Below, piece after piece: positions 36,340 to 46,920 of a DNA stretch of 64,000 bases. A program made the translations under genes and the position numbers. Each line of letters opens with the position of its first letter. Position 1 is the first letter of the stretch. The notes under the pieces are model-generated. The model ran no database searches and was not told the origin of the DNA. It saw only the letters and a list, made by a program, of their open reading frames with translations. This DNA is from Raineya sp. (GTDB lineage: Bacteria; Bacteroidota; Bacteroidia; Cytophagales; Thermonemataceae). Location: positions 12,339 to 76,338 of the forward strand of contig JALONN010000010.1 in the NCBI GenBank assembly GCA_025454915.1, written 5' to 3'.

Positions 36340-37590
36340 ATGAATGAATCAGGCGATTCCTTAGAGGGCAGAAAATTTGAAAAAGACTTTATGGTTTTTG
36401 GTGCTATAATCTCAATATTAATAGGGATTATAGTTTTAATATATTTTATCAATGAAGTATCTAAATTCTACTCTATGCCTACCAAAGATAAGCCATTGGA
36501 TTTAAGTCGTTCGGGTGCATTTGGAGACTATATTGGTGGAGTTGTAGGCACTTTTTTTTCATTAGCAGGATTTTTTTTACTTTATCTAACATTAAAAGCA
36601 CAAAGAGATAATTTTCATAAAGAAAGACTCGAAAGTAAATACTTCGAAATGATAAAATTTCATAGAGAAAATGTTAATGAGATAGAATACGTATTCTACA
36701 ACAATAACAAAGACAAGTTTAATATTAGAAAACGGAAAGTCTTCAAAACTGTTTTTACTCAGTTTAAGGATGCATGGAGAGAACTTAATCATCTTTTTCT
36801 AAACAAACCAGATGAACACATTTACCAAAAATCTTACCTCCAGAAGCTTAAAAAAAATCCAACATTAAAAAAAAGAAATATAAACTTAAAGAATCTAGCT
36901 CAAATTGATATAACATACTTAATTATATTTTTTGGACTCAACAAGGAAGATAAACAAACTATTAAAACCCTTTGTGTTAATAGATATAATCATGATTTTA
37001 TTGATAAAATACTTGACTTTGCTAGTTTAAAGCCTGTAGGAGAGTCTGACTATTGGAACAAATGGGTAATGATAAATGGATTAGATGACAGAACTAAAAT
37101 TTTTGATGACATTCTTAATTTTCGAAAAAATCCCAATAGTGAAAAGAAACTTAACCCATTTTGGATTCAAAATGGAAATCTCTATCATAATATAGATCCT
37201 CATTACCCTGATAATTATAAAAAATATTATGGTGGACATCAATTTCGATTAGGACACTACTATAGGCATATTTTTCAAACTGTGAAATTCATTGATAAAG
37301 AAATATATTTATCAGATAAAGAGAAGTATGATTATATTAAAATTCTGAGGGGGCAGTTATCGAACTATGAGCAAATTGTTTTTTTCCTAAATAGCCTTTC
37401 TGAAATTGGACGAGCTTGGGAAATGATGAATAAAAGCAATCCAGAAGATGAAATAAAAAAAGATAAACAATTAATTACAAAATATAACTTTATAAAAAAT
37501 ATTCCTATTAGATATTTAGTTGACGAGATTGATGTATTTGAATATTATCCAGATATTAACTTCGAAGCTATAACGAAAGAAAAAAATTAA
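36340..37590 (+). CDS. putative phage abortive-infection protein (putAbiC-like), two N-terminal TM helices
   Basis: TM1 FMVFGAIISILIGIIVLIYFI, TM2 YIGGVVGTFFSLAGFFLLYLTL. Then ERLESKYFEMIKFHRENVNEI, YYGGHQFRLGHYYRHIFQTVKFID, YIKILRGQLSNYEQIVFFLNSLS. The family call comes from remembered motif patterns. Confidence 0.55.
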   Translation: MNESGDSLEGRKFEKDFMVFGAIISILIGIIVLIYFINEVSKFYSMPTKDKPLDLSRSGAFGDYIGGVVGTFFSLAGFFLLYLTLKAQRDNFHKERLESKYFEMIKFHRENVNEIEYVFYNNNKDKFNIRKRKVFKTVFTQFKDAWRELNHLFLNKPDEHIYQKSYLQKLKKNPTLKKRNINLKNLAQIDITYLIIFFGLNKEDKQTIKTLCVNRYNHDFIDKILDFASLKPVGESDYWNKWVMINGLDDRTKIFDDILNFRKNPNSEKKLNPFWIQNGNLYHNIDPHYPDNYKKYYGGHQFRLGHYYRHIFQTVKFIDKEIYLSDKEKYDYIKILRGQLSNYEQIVFFLNSLSEIGRAWEMMNKSNPEDEIKKDKQLITKYNFIKNIPIRYLVDEIDVFEYYPDINFEAITKEKN

Positions 37591-37739
37591 GTAACAGTTA
37601 TTTTTTTAGTTTATTAGAATTTTAAAAGTCAGAATAGGCATAGAATTTGTTTAGGGAAATGGCATGTTTAAATCTCAAACAATTTCCTAATCTGCTTATG
37701 AAAAAACCTTTACGATTTTTATAAAATCCATCAAGGTTT

Positions 37740-38684
37740 ATGATTTCAAACTTCCAAAAAATTATTAGAAATTATTTTGGCTTTTCTCAAAAAGAAACAA
37801 ATGGTGTCATTGTGCTTTTTGGTGTAATGGGCTTGTGTATTGTTGCTCCTTGGGTACAAAGTATGATGCCTATCAAGGCTATTTCTAATACTGAAGACAT
37901 TGCCAAACAAGATAGCTTGGTGGCTATTTTAGAAAAAGTAAAAGCTCCTGAAAAAACTACTTTTCCAGATATTGAGTTTCAGGCTTTTGACCCTAACAAA
38001 CTTTCTAAGCAAGAATGGCTTGCTTTCGGCTTGAATGATAAAATTGCGGGCAGAATCGAAAATTACCTGAAAAAAGGAGGGAAGTTTCGTAAAAAAGAAG
38101 ATTTAAAAAGAATCTATGATTTCCCAGAAGATTTGTATGAAGCTTTGGAAGAATACATAGTAATCGAAAATACTCAATTCAAGCCTTACAGAAAATATGA
38201 TTCAAAAAGAAAAGAATATGCTTCTAGTCAGTATAAATTTGACTCTACCAAAAAATACACGTCAAAGAAAAAAGAATATACAAGAGTTATTACATTTGAC
38301 TTGAATCAGGCAGATACCTCTGAATTTAAAAAACTCAAAGGTATTGGAGAAAAGCGAGCCATGACGATTATCAAATACCGAGAGCGTTTAGGCGGTTTTG
38401 CAAGCCTGAATCAGATAGATGAGATTTTTGGTTTGGATAGTGTAGCAAAAAACAGCTTGAAACAATATACTTTTATTCAAACAGGTTCTTGGAAAAAAAT
38501 AAACATTAACACTGCTAATTTAGAGGAGTTGAAAGCACATATTTATATAGGCTATAAACTGGCTCCTATTATCATCAATTACAGACAACAACATGGTAAA
38601 TTTCAATCCGAAGAAGACTTGAAGAAAATAAAAGTATTGGATACAGAAAAAATAGAAAAATTAAAGCCTTATATCATTTATTAA
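37740..38684 (+). CDS. ComEA-like helix-hairpin-helix DNA-binding protein (membrane-anchored, two HhH modules)
   Basis: DLNQADTSEFKKLKGIGEKRAMTIIKYRERLGGF and NINTANLEELKAHIYIGYKLAPIIINYRQQHGKF. Confidence 0.7.
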   Translation: MISNFQKIIRNYFGFSQKETNGVIVLFGVMGLCIVAPWVQSMMPIKAISNTEDIAKQDSLVAILEKVKAPEKTTFPDIEFQAFDPNKLSKQEWLAFGLNDKIAGRIENYLKKGGKFRKKEDLKRIYDFPEDLYEALEEYIVIENTQFKPYRKYDSKRKEYASSQYKFDSTKKYTSKKKEYTRVITFDLNQADTSEFKKLKGIGEKRAMTIIKYRERLGGFASLNQIDEIFGLDSVAKNSLKQYTFIQTGSWKKININTANLEELKAHIYIGYKLAPIIINYRQQHGKFQSEEDLKKIKVLDTEKIEKLKPYIIY

Positions 38685-40942
38685 ACATCTTTTTGTAGGC
38701 GAATTCCTAACACCATAATGTCATCAATTTGTTCTTCTGTACGTTGCCAGTCTTTAAGCATATTATCAAGATACTCTTTTTGACTTTGTAAATTTAGATT
38801 GTTTATAAGCTTAAAAGCTTCGTACAAACGTTTTCTACCTAATTTTTTTCTGCTTATGTAGCTGAATTGGTCTGCATAACCATCAGAAAACATATAAAGC
38901 ATGGTATCTGGTGTAATTTGTTTTTCTATTTCTGTAAATGTTTTTGCTGCATGGTCATATCGAGAGTTATCTCCACCTACGTTGTATCGGTTGGTGATGA
39001 GTTCTTCTAATTCTCCATTTTGAATTAAGACAACAAAACTTTTTGCCCCAGCAATTTTTAAAGTATTTTGGTTTCTGTCCCACACACAAATAGAAATATC
39101 CATACCATCTTGGGTCTCACTTTCTTCTTGGTGTAAAGCCTGAATAATTCCTCTGTCAAGCAATTCTATAATTTTAGCAGGAGTATGAATCCCTTTTTCT
39201 TGAATGATATTATCCAGTAAAATCACGCCCAACATACTCATCAAAGCACCTGGCACACCATGACCAGTGCAATCTGCTGTTACGATAAAAATAAGGTCTT
39301 TTTTCTCTATGATATAATAAAAATCTCCACTTACCACATTTTTGGGTTTATAGAGGACAAAGTAATGATGTAAAAACTTATTAATTCTTTTTGGATAAGG
39401 TAAAAAGGCTTTCTGAATACGTTCTGCATACAAAATACTATCCATAATATCCCGATGTTGGGTTTCCAGCATTTCGTTCATGAGGGCTACCTCTTCATTT
39501 TTCTTTTTTAATAAAAGCCCCTGACGCTGAATTTTATGACGATTCCCTAATATGAGAGCTACTAAAATCAGGCTCAAAGCTGTGGTAATGAGTGAAGCCA
39601 GAATAATGGTTTCTTTTTGTTTAATATTATTTTCTAAACCTCTTTTTTCATAATTTTCTTGCTTGATATTCAGGTCAGTAGAAAGTATTTCAAGTTGTTG
39701 GGCATTGACTATTTTTATCAGAGAGTCGTTAAGATTGATAAAAAGATTTTGATATAAAACAGCTTCTTCAAATTTCTTTTCACGTTGTTTAAGATTACTT
39801 AAAGCCTGATAAATATTTTTTTGTGAATGAATGGATAGAGTAGGATTGTATAAATTAATTTTTTGCTTATATGTGTTTAAAGTGTTTTGAGCTGTATCCA
39901 AATGAGCTTGGGCTTTTCCAAACTGCTTCACTTCAATAAAATAACTAGCTATTTTTGTGTGCCCTGCTACCACAATTCCCCAGTCGTTGTATATGTAAGC
40001 ATATTTCAGATAATCTTTATAAAGAGTATAAGCTGAATCTAATAAGTTTCTTTTGAGTAGAATATCGCCGATATTTCCTTTAGGCAAATTGATCCAAAAA
40101 GCATCATTTGTCTTTTGGGCATGTATAATAGCTTTTTGATAATAGATTAAAGCCTTATCATAGTTTCCTTGATTTCTATAAACAAGCCCAATATTATTGA
40201 GTAAACGAGAAGCAGGTTGTTTATCTTGATAATTGACAAACTTTAGCAGACTATCCACTCTTAACCAATATATTAAAGACTTATCATAATTTCCTGCTTT
40301 ATAAAATAAAGACCCCATAGAATTATAAACTTCTATTTTAACAGTATTATCACAAGGGTGTTTTTCAAGAATATTGATGGCTTTAAATAAGTATTCAAGT
40401 GTTTTTTTATAATTATTTTGCCTTTCTCCGAAATAGAGTCCTCTTTGATATTCTATACGAGCCATTATGTCATAGCATTTTTCTTTTTCAGCTCTTTTAT
40501 AAATATCAGAAAGGGTATTTTGAGCAAGTGAAATATCTTGATTATTTTGGGTTAGCTGGTCTGCAAAACCAAGCCAAATATCTAATGCTTCACAATGAAG
40601 GTCATATTTTTTTAAATATTTTTCAGCTTTTTTATGATACTCAGAAGCTGTTACGAGATCTTTATAATCTCGTAAGTAATAATATTGACCAAATTTAGCA
40701 TATAAGGTACCATGTACATAGGCTAAAGGCTCATTGTTTTTTGTTTTTTCTAAAAGATATGTAAATAATTCTTGGCTTTTGCTATGATTAGAAGTATAAC
40801 GGTCAAGATGATACGCTAAATCCTTTTTTCTTGGAGCATTATGAATTATATCCAGTAAAGAGTCGGCGGAGGCTTTTTGCCATGTTTGGGCATAGTTTGA
40901 TAGAGAAAGAATATATAAACAAACGAATAAGCAAAATCGCAT
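38681..40942 (-). CDS. TPR-repeat sensor / transmembrane / PP2C (SpoIIE-type) serine phosphatase
   Basis: Signal peptide, about 400 aa of TPR-like repeats, TM segment (IILASLITTALSLILVALILG). The phosphatase carries VSGDFYY, DCTGHGVPGALMSM and SDGYADQF. Confidence 0.8.
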   Translation of the reverse strand: MRFCLFVCLYILSLSNYAQTWQKASADSLLDIIHNAPRKKDLAYHLDRYTSNHSKSQELFTYLLEKTKNNEPLAYVHGTLYAKFGQYYYLRDYKDLVTASEYHKKAEKYLKKYDLHCEALDIWLGFADQLTQNNQDISLAQNTLSDIYKRAEKEKCYDIMARIEYQRGLYFGERQNNYKKTLEYLFKAINILEKHPCDNTVKIEVYNSMGSLFYKAGNYDKSLIYWLRVDSLLKFVNYQDKQPASRLLNNIGLVYRNQGNYDKALIYYQKAIIHAQKTNDAFWINLPKGNIGDILLKRNLLDSAYTLYKDYLKYAYIYNDWGIVVAGHTKIASYFIEVKQFGKAQAHLDTAQNTLNTYKQKINLYNPTLSIHSQKNIYQALSNLKQREKKFEEAVLYQNLFINLNDSLIKIVNAQQLEILSTDLNIKQENYEKRGLENNIKQKETIILASLITTALSLILVALILGNRHKIQRQGLLLKKKNEEVALMNEMLETQHRDIMDSILYAERIQKAFLPYPKRINKFLHHYFVLYKPKNVVSGDFYYIIEKKDLIFIVTADCTGHGVPGALMSMLGVILLDNIIQEKGIHTPAKIIELLDRGIIQALHQEESETQDGMDISICVWDRNQNTLKIAGAKSFVVLIQNGELEELITNRYNVGGDNSRYDHAAKTFTEIEKQITPDTMLYMFSDGYADQFSYISRKKLGRKRLYEAFKLINNLNLQSQKEYLDNMLKDWQRTEEQIDDIMVLGIRLQKDV

Positions 40943-41014
40943 AATGTTAGATAATACTTTTATATTGCCTAAACTACAATTTTTTAAAACTAAAAAAAAA
41001 TATTGAATAAAATA

Positions 41015-41063
41015 AAAATCACCAACTCCTTAAAGTTTTGAATTACAAAGAGTTGGTGATTTT
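41015..41063. terminator. hairpin between two minus-strand genes (terminator of the TlpA gene)
   Basis: aaaatcaccaactc ... gagttggtgatttt, a 14-bp stem with a 21-nt loop. Confidence 0.5.
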
Positions 41064-41082
41064 GTAATAAAGTATTACAATG

Positions 41083-41643
41083 TTATTTAGAGGATTTGGT
41101 AAGTTCAACCATTGCTTCTAGCTCTAGAGCTGTGTTTTCTGTTTTGCCATTAAAGCCTGATGATATAAAACGAACATTTCCATTACCATCAATGATAAAT
41201 TTCATAGGGATGCTATTTACACCAAAAGCTTGGGAAGCTGCATCATTATCGTCAATAAGGATATTGAAGCCATATTTTTTCTTTTCATTAAACTTTTTAA
41301 GCCTTAATTCTCTATCAACGGGGTCTTCAGATGTTGCTACAAACAAAAACACAACATTTTTGTCTTGAGCATATTTATCTACAGTTTTTTTCACACCAGG
41401 AAATGACTGTATGCAGGGTCCACACCAAGTAGCCCAAAAATCTACAACAACTACTTTACCTTTCAGGTCAGAAAGTTTTACAGTCTTTCCTTCTAAGTTT
41501 TTTAAACTAAATTCAGGAGCTTTTTGTGTAATCATTTTTGAAGCCAGTTCTTTTTTTAGGCTTTCAAGCTTTTGAGCTTGAGAAGGTGTGTAAATGCCTA
41601 AACAAATTGCTAATACAATGATTGGAATAAATACTTTTTTCAT
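41083..41643 (-). CDS. TlpA-family thiol:disulfide oxidoreductase
   Basis: Signal peptide. VVVDFWATWCGPC. Confidence 0.85.
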   Translation of the reverse strand: MKKVFIPIIVLAICLGIYTPSQAQKLESLKKELASKMITQKAPEFSLKNLEGKTVKLSDLKGKVVVVDFWATWCGPCIQSFPGVKKTVDKYAQDKNVVFLFVATSEDPVDRELRLKKFNEKKKYGFNILIDDNDAASQAFGVNSIPMKFIIDGNGNVRFISSGFNGKTENTALELEAMVELTKSSK

Positions 41644-41768
41644 AATGCTATTTTATTTTCCAAATATAAGGACAAAAATGAGACCATTATTGAAAACTAT
41701 AATAATTTATTGGCTGTTGTAAGGATATTTGTATTTTTACGTTGTTTAAATTTTATTTTATCCTTTTT

Positions 41769-43502
41769 ATGCGAGTTCTATACTTTATTTTCATGGTGTT
41801 TTGTTATTCACAAATAATGTTTGCTCAAGACTTTAAAACACCTTTTGAGCTTTCTAATGGTTTAGAGACAGCCACTTACGAACAAGGCATTGCTTTCTAC
41901 GAAAAACTTGATGCTCAATATGAAGAAATTAAACTTTTTACTTATGGAAGTACAGATATAGGCAAACCCCTACATCTGGCAGTATTTTCAGCAGATAAAG
42001 ATTTTGACCCGAAATCTTTAAAAGCCAAAGGTAAAAGCGTTTTTCTGGTAATTAATGCAATCCATGCTGGAGAGCCTGATGGGGTAGATGCGTCTATGAT
42101 GCTCCTAAGAGATATTGTTCAACAAGAAAAATTAAAAAAAATATGTAAGAATACTGTTTTTGCTGTAATTCCTTTTTATAGTGTAGGAGGGGTTTTAAAC
42201 AGAAACTCTTATAGCAGAGCTAACCAAAATGGACCTAAATCATATGGTTTCAGAGGGAATGGCAAAAATTATGACTTGAACAGAGATTTTATCAAAATGG
42301 ATTCTGAAAATGCAAAAACTTTTGTTCAAATCTTTCATCTGTGGCAGCCTGATATTCAAATAGATAACCATGTAACCAATGGTGCAGACTATCAGTATTT
42401 TATGACAAATATTTTAGCAAACCCAGCTTTGTATGCCCCTGAAATGGCTGATTACTTCAAAAAAGAATTCAGACCTGATTTGCTCAATAAAATGAAAAAG
42501 AAAAACCTTGAAATGAGTCCTTATGTAGAAATGAGAAGCAATACTCCTGATAGTGGTCTTGTTCAGAATGTTCGCTCTTCACGCTTCTCACATACATATG
42601 CAACACAGTTCAATACTATTGCAATGGTAGCTGAAACACATATGCTCAAGCCCTTTAAGCAACGTACAGAAGCCACTTATCAACTCATGTTGAGCCTTTT
42701 AGAAATATTAGAAAAAGATGGTGTTAAAATTCAGAAAAACAGAAAGAAATCTTTTGAGTATTTCCAAAAACAAAAAACTTATGTATTGGATTGGAAAATT
42801 AATGATAAAAAATTTGAAATGATTGATTTTAAAGGCTATGCAGCCGAACAAATTCCCAGTAAAGTAACAGGGCAACTAAGAACATTTTACAACAAATCAA
42901 AACCATATACAAAAAAAATCCCCTATTATAATGTCCATGAGGCTAAAACGACTATTGAAAAACCCAAAATGTATATTATACCCAAAGTATATGGAAATAT
43001 TGTAAAAATGCTTGAAATGAATAATGTTGTGGTAACACGTTTGGAGAAAGCAGAAACTTTTAAAGGAGTTTATTACTTTATCAAAGATTATAAAACGGTT
43101 GCCAAACCATTTGAAGGACATTATCTACACTCTGATGTGGTTGTTGAAAAAAAGAAAGCAGAGTATGCACTTCAGGAAGGAGATTGGGTAGTGCTGACTA
43201 ATCAGCCCAATATTAATTTCATAATGAATGTTTTAGAGCCACAAGCTCCTGACAGCTATTTTTGCTGGAATTATTTTGACATTATTCTGCAACAAAAAGA
43301 ATATTATTCTGACTATGTGTTTGAAGATATTGCAGAAAAATTATTGAACGAAAATGCAGACCTGAAAAAACGATTTGAAGCAAAAAAACAACAAGAACCT
43401 GAATTTGCAAAAAATGCTAAAGCTCAATTAGATTTCATTTATTACAACTCCCCACATTATGAGCCCAATCATTTGAGATACCCCATATTTAGAGTAGAAT
43501 AA
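41769..43502 (+). CDS. M14-family zinc carboxypeptidase-like protein
   Basis: INAIHAGEPDG (HxxE), YDLNRDF. Signal-like N-terminus from ATG 41769 (MRVLYFIFMVFCYSQIMFAQ). Confidence 0.75.
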   Translation: MRVLYFIFMVFCYSQIMFAQDFKTPFELSNGLETATYEQGIAFYEKLDAQYEEIKLFTYGSTDIGKPLHLAVFSADKDFDPKSLKAKGKSVFLVINAIHAGEPDGVDASMMLLRDIVQQEKLKKICKNTVFAVIPFYSVGGVLNRNSYSRANQNGPKSYGFRGNGKNYDLNRDFIKMDSENAKTFVQIFHLWQPDIQIDNHVTNGADYQYFMTNILANPALYAPEMADYFKKEFRPDLLNKMKKKNLEMSPYVEMRSNTPDSGLVQNVRSSRFSHTYATQFNTIAMVAETHMLKPFKQRTEATYQLMLSLLEILEKDGVKIQKNRKKSFEYFQKQKTYVLDWKINDKKFEMIDFKGYAAEQIPSKVTGQLRTFYNKSKPYTKKIPYYNVHEAKTTIEKPKMYIIPKVYGNIVKMLEMNNVVVTRLEKAETFKGVYYFIKDYKTVAKPFEGHYLHSDVVVEKKKAEYALQEGDWVVLTNQPNINFIMNVLEPQAPDSYFCWNYFDIILQQKEYYSDYVFEDIAEKLLNENADLKKRFEAKKQQEPEFAKNAKAQLDFIYYNSPHYEPNHLRYPIFRVE

Positions 43503-43532
43503 AAAAAGAGGAAGCATGCTTCCTCTTTTTTT
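43502..43532. terminator. bidirectional terminator (perfect palindrome) between convergent genes
   Basis: aaaaaagaggaagca|tgcttcctctttttt. Confidence 0.8.
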
Positions 43533-43556
43533 ATTCTTATTTTGAATAGAAAACTA

Positions 43557-44660
43557 TTAAGGACTAACAATATTCAAGCTTACATTGATGTAAACAGGGA
43601 AACCAATTTTCGTTTCTAACAAAAACTTATCATTGAAAAGACCACCACTCTCAACACCATTTTCCTCTGAAAGATTGAATTTGTAGTTATATCTCACACC
43701 TGCCTGAGCCGAAATCCACATAAAGTTTTTCAAAGAACGCTCATAAATAGCTCTGATTTTGAATTCAGAACGGCGTAATTGTAGAGCATCGTAAGGAGCT
43801 AAATCTGAATTGACATTTTCTTGATTTTGAATAAAATAAGAGTTTCCTACAATTTCATAACCGAATTGTAATAAAGACTTGGCAGAGAAGTTTCTACGGA
43901 AATGTACTCTGGCAGGAAATAAAATTTCTGTACCCCAACGGTCATTAAATGTTCTATTATAATACCATACAGGGATAACCAAAGATTCACCACCTCTGTA
44001 AGTTCGGGTTACACCCAATCCCCACATCAAATCATCACTTTTTTTCCAACCATAAATCACAGCTCCACTCACCGTCATGCCTGTTCCAAAAGCATCTCCT
44101 AACTGACTAGAAGAAAAATTGCCATTGACATCTGCCTGAGCTTGGAATATCATGAAACGCTTTTCGTTAAGAGGTTTAAAAACTGTTAGTCCTACCCCCC
44201 CTGTACGTAAACCTTTGTCATTAAGATTTCTGTATAAGCTGTAATTTTTAGGGTCATCTACAATGAAACGGCTTTCGGCATATTGAGCCATTAAGCTAAT
44301 AATAACACTCGACTTAGAAATAATAGGATAATTGATACCTAATTGTAAACCATGAACAGCTTTTACTTTTACATCTGAAGGGCTATCAGAAAGATTCGGA
44401 AAATTTCCATTCTTGTAAGGCTCGCCTACTATAGAGGACATATTGAATGGACCTTGTACTTCATAACCAATTGAATAGAGTTTGGTTGGAGTAAGATTTC
44501 TTACTTTTTGTGTACAAAAACGTTTGGTTGCTTGTGCATCCCCATAACCATCAAGGTTCTCAAGTGGAGGTGCATCCACATCTGTGGAATCTTGGGCAAA
44601 TAAAACACCCATAGATAGCAAAAATGTAGCAATAGATAGAAATAGCTTCTTCATAAGCAT
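43557..44660 (-). CDS. putative outer-membrane beta-barrel protein
   Basis: Signal peptide (MKKLFLSIATFLLSMGVLFAQ), alternating beta-strand pattern, aromatic-rich C-terminal strands. Confidence 0.45.
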   Translation of the reverse strand: MLMKKLFLSIATFLLSMGVLFAQDSTDVDAPPLENLDGYGDAQATKRFCTQKVRNLTPTKLYSIGYEVQGPFNMSSIVGEPYKNGNFPNLSDSPSDVKVKAVHGLQLGINYPIISKSSVIISLMAQYAESRFIVDDPKNYSLYRNLNDKGLRTGGVGLTVFKPLNEKRFMIFQAQADVNGNFSSSQLGDAFGTGMTVSGAVIYGWKKSDDLMWGLGVTRTYRGGESLVIPVWYYNRTFNDRWGTEILFPARVHFRRNFSAKSLLQFGYEIVGNSYFIQNQENVNSDLAPYDALQLRRSEFKIRAIYERSLKNFMWISAQAGVRYNYKFNLSEENGVESGGLFNDKFLLETKIGFPVYINVSLNIVSP

Positions 44661-44798
44661 GAATAGATTGTGATTACAACAGTTTAAAATTTTTGTGTTT
44701 TTATAAAAGTAAGACTTTTACAAACAAAAAGTCAATCAAATTGTAAAAAAAATGTTTCTTTAGTATGAAATATTCTTAAAAAAATAGAATACTTAAGA

Positions 44799-46097
44799 TT
44801 AAAAATCTGATAACCAGAATTTTACATACAAACCCTTTGCATCATATTTTTTTGCTTGACTTTCGATATTGAAATACCTGTTTTCACGTGGGTCGTTGCC
44901 TACTCCAGCAATATACATCCAGTTACACCAATTACTACAAGGATCATAGTCTATCAATTTACTTTCAAAATACATAGCCCCCCATATCCAACTGATTTGT
45001 AAATCTTTCACTAAAAAACTGGCAACATTTTGCCTTCCTCGATTACTCATAAATCCCGTCTGATTCAATTCTCGCATGTTGGCATCTATAAAATCTACAC
45101 CTGTTTCTCCTTTTATCCATTTTTTAAATAAATAAATATCATTTTTGAATTGAAGAGAATTTTGTTTGATACCAAATTCCTGAAAAATCTGATTACCATA
45201 TTTTTTAGCCACAAATCTAAAATAATCTCTCCAAATGAGTTCAAAAATAAGCCAATATGTAGAATCGTTTTTGATACGTTCTTTCTCATACTTTTTTACT
45301 TCTTGATAGATATATCTAGGAGATAAACAGCCCAGAGAAAGCCATGCTGAAAATTTAGATGAATAGTTTGCTCCAAGCAACGAATCCCTAGTTTCTTTAT
45401 AAGTCTTGAGACTGTCTGTTTCCCAAAAATATTCTTGTAAACGTAAAATACCCTCTTTTTCACCACCTTTAAAATGAAGAACTTGTTTGTTTGAAATAGA
45501 TACATCTTGGAAGCCTAAATCTGTAAGACTGGGAATTTCGCCCACCAAAAAATCGTGAGATATAGGATTAAAATGCTGAACAGTAGGCAAAACCGATCTG
45601 AGAGTAGCATCTTTTTCAACACACTTTCTAAATTCTGTGAAAATATTTGGTAGTTTTTGAATAGGAAAGGGTAAATCATCTAAGTGATAAAGTGTATAAT
45701 TCCAAAATAGTTCTAATCTTACCTTTTTATTTTCAAGATGCTTCTCTAAAATAAACTCTATTAAAGTTTCTTCATTGGTTGTTTCTTTAGATGCAAATAC
45801 TGCTTGTACTTGGAGCATTTCAGCTACTTTTGCAACTTCTATTTCGGGTTTACCTACTCTAATAATCAAGTCACTACCTTTTTTTCGTAATGCCATTCGC
45901 AAAGAAGCAAGTGATTCTAATAAAAATTTTGTTCTGAATATATCTGTTTTCTTGAACCCCAGATGAGTTTCTTCAAACCACCTTGTATCAATACAATATA
46001 TAAAATATATTTTTTCAGCTTTCAATGAAGCTTGATAAAGTGGAAGATTGTCGTGTAAACGCAAATCATTTCTAAACCAGACCAATATATTTTTCAT
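44799..46097 (-). CDS. cryptochrome DASH / photolyase family protein
   Basis: ILVWFRNDLRLHDN, WRDYFRF, MSNRGRQNVASFL, GNDPRENRYFN. Confidence 0.85.
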   Translation of the reverse strand: MKNILVWFRNDLRLHDNLPLYQASLKAEKIYFIYCIDTRWFEETHLGFKKTDIFRTKFLLESLASLRMALRKKGSDLIIRVGKPEIEVAKVAEMLQVQAVFASKETTNEETLIEFILEKHLENKKVRLELFWNYTLYHLDDLPFPIQKLPNIFTEFRKCVEKDATLRSVLPTVQHFNPISHDFLVGEIPSLTDLGFQDVSISNKQVLHFKGGEKEGILRLQEYFWETDSLKTYKETRDSLLGANYSSKFSAWLSLGCLSPRYIYQEVKKYEKERIKNDSTYWLIFELIWRDYFRFVAKKYGNQIFQEFGIKQNSLQFKNDIYLFKKWIKGETGVDFIDANMRELNQTGFMSNRGRQNVASFLVKDLQISWIWGAMYFESKLIDYDPCSNWCNWMYIAGVGNDPRENRYFNIESQAKKYDAKGLYVKFWLSDF

Positions 46098-46562
46098 AGG
46101 ACAATGAATTTTCTGATTTAACTATTTGTATGAAATTTAGGTTTTATCTTTGTCTATAATTTTGTTAATATTAAAATATAAGAATCATGATTATTAGAAC
46201 ATTTTGGATGATTTGTATTAGAATTATTGGCTTTTAGATTCTTTTGGAATGGGTAATGATGCTACCTACTTTTGTACTGCCCTTGTTTTTATAAAATATA
46301 TAGAATGTTTTTTAGTCCTAATAGGCTGTTATATAGGGCTAATCCAATTGCTTGGGAGTTCTTGGAGGTTATCTGCCTGCCCAAAAAATGGCTCAAAGAT
46401 AGAAAAGATAGAGAACTCAGCTACGAGGACATTCTCCACTATCAAAAAATCATTGTAGCTCTCACCCAAACAGATAGACTCATGAAAGAAATTGATAAAA
46501 TAGAGCTGTAAGGAATGTTTTTTGCTTTGGTGTGTATTAATATTTACAAAAATTAAGATAGA

Positions 46563-46868
46563 ATGGATACAGAAGCCCCAAAACAACAACAAACGAATTA
46601 TGGCAAAGAAGTTTTCACAACTCTTATATCTATTGGACTAATTATCATTTTTTTTGCCACTAAAAATATTAAACCTGAAGGGAATGTTGTCAGAGGAGCA
46701 TTTGGTATGATAGGTTTCTTTTTTTTACAAATTATGGCAACAGGCATACAGTTGTCCTTAACAATCTTTAGTTGGATGAGTAAAAATGAAAAAGCTAAAA
46801 CTATCTATATGATTATTTCTATTGTGATAATAGTTTTCATATTGTTTATTTTAGCATCAATAAAATAA
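46563..46868 (+). CDS. small membrane protein, hypothetical
   Basis: 101 aa with three hydrophobic segments. Confidence 0.4.
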   Translation: MDTEAPKQQQTNYGKEVFTTLISIGLIIIFFATKNIKPEGNVVRGAFGMIGFFFLQIMATGIQLSLTIFSWMSKNEKAKTIYMIISIVIIVFILFILASIK

Positions 46869-46920
46869 CTGGTTTACAGATTATTATATTTCAACCTGAA
46901 AATCTTAACTTATTCGTTTT

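Noticed and set aside
46249-46592. Three mutually overlapping short ORFs upstream of the cryptochrome gene. One ends ..NPIAWEFLEVICLPKKWLKDRKDRELSYEDILHYQKIIVALTQTDRLMKEIDKIEL, which reads like the C-terminal tail of a real protein.
   Set aside because: I could not place the family. The N-terminal part of that frame is junk-like (MYCPCFYKIYRMFFSPNRLL). It is probably a gene fragment, but there is not enough evidence to annotate it as a CDS or to name it.
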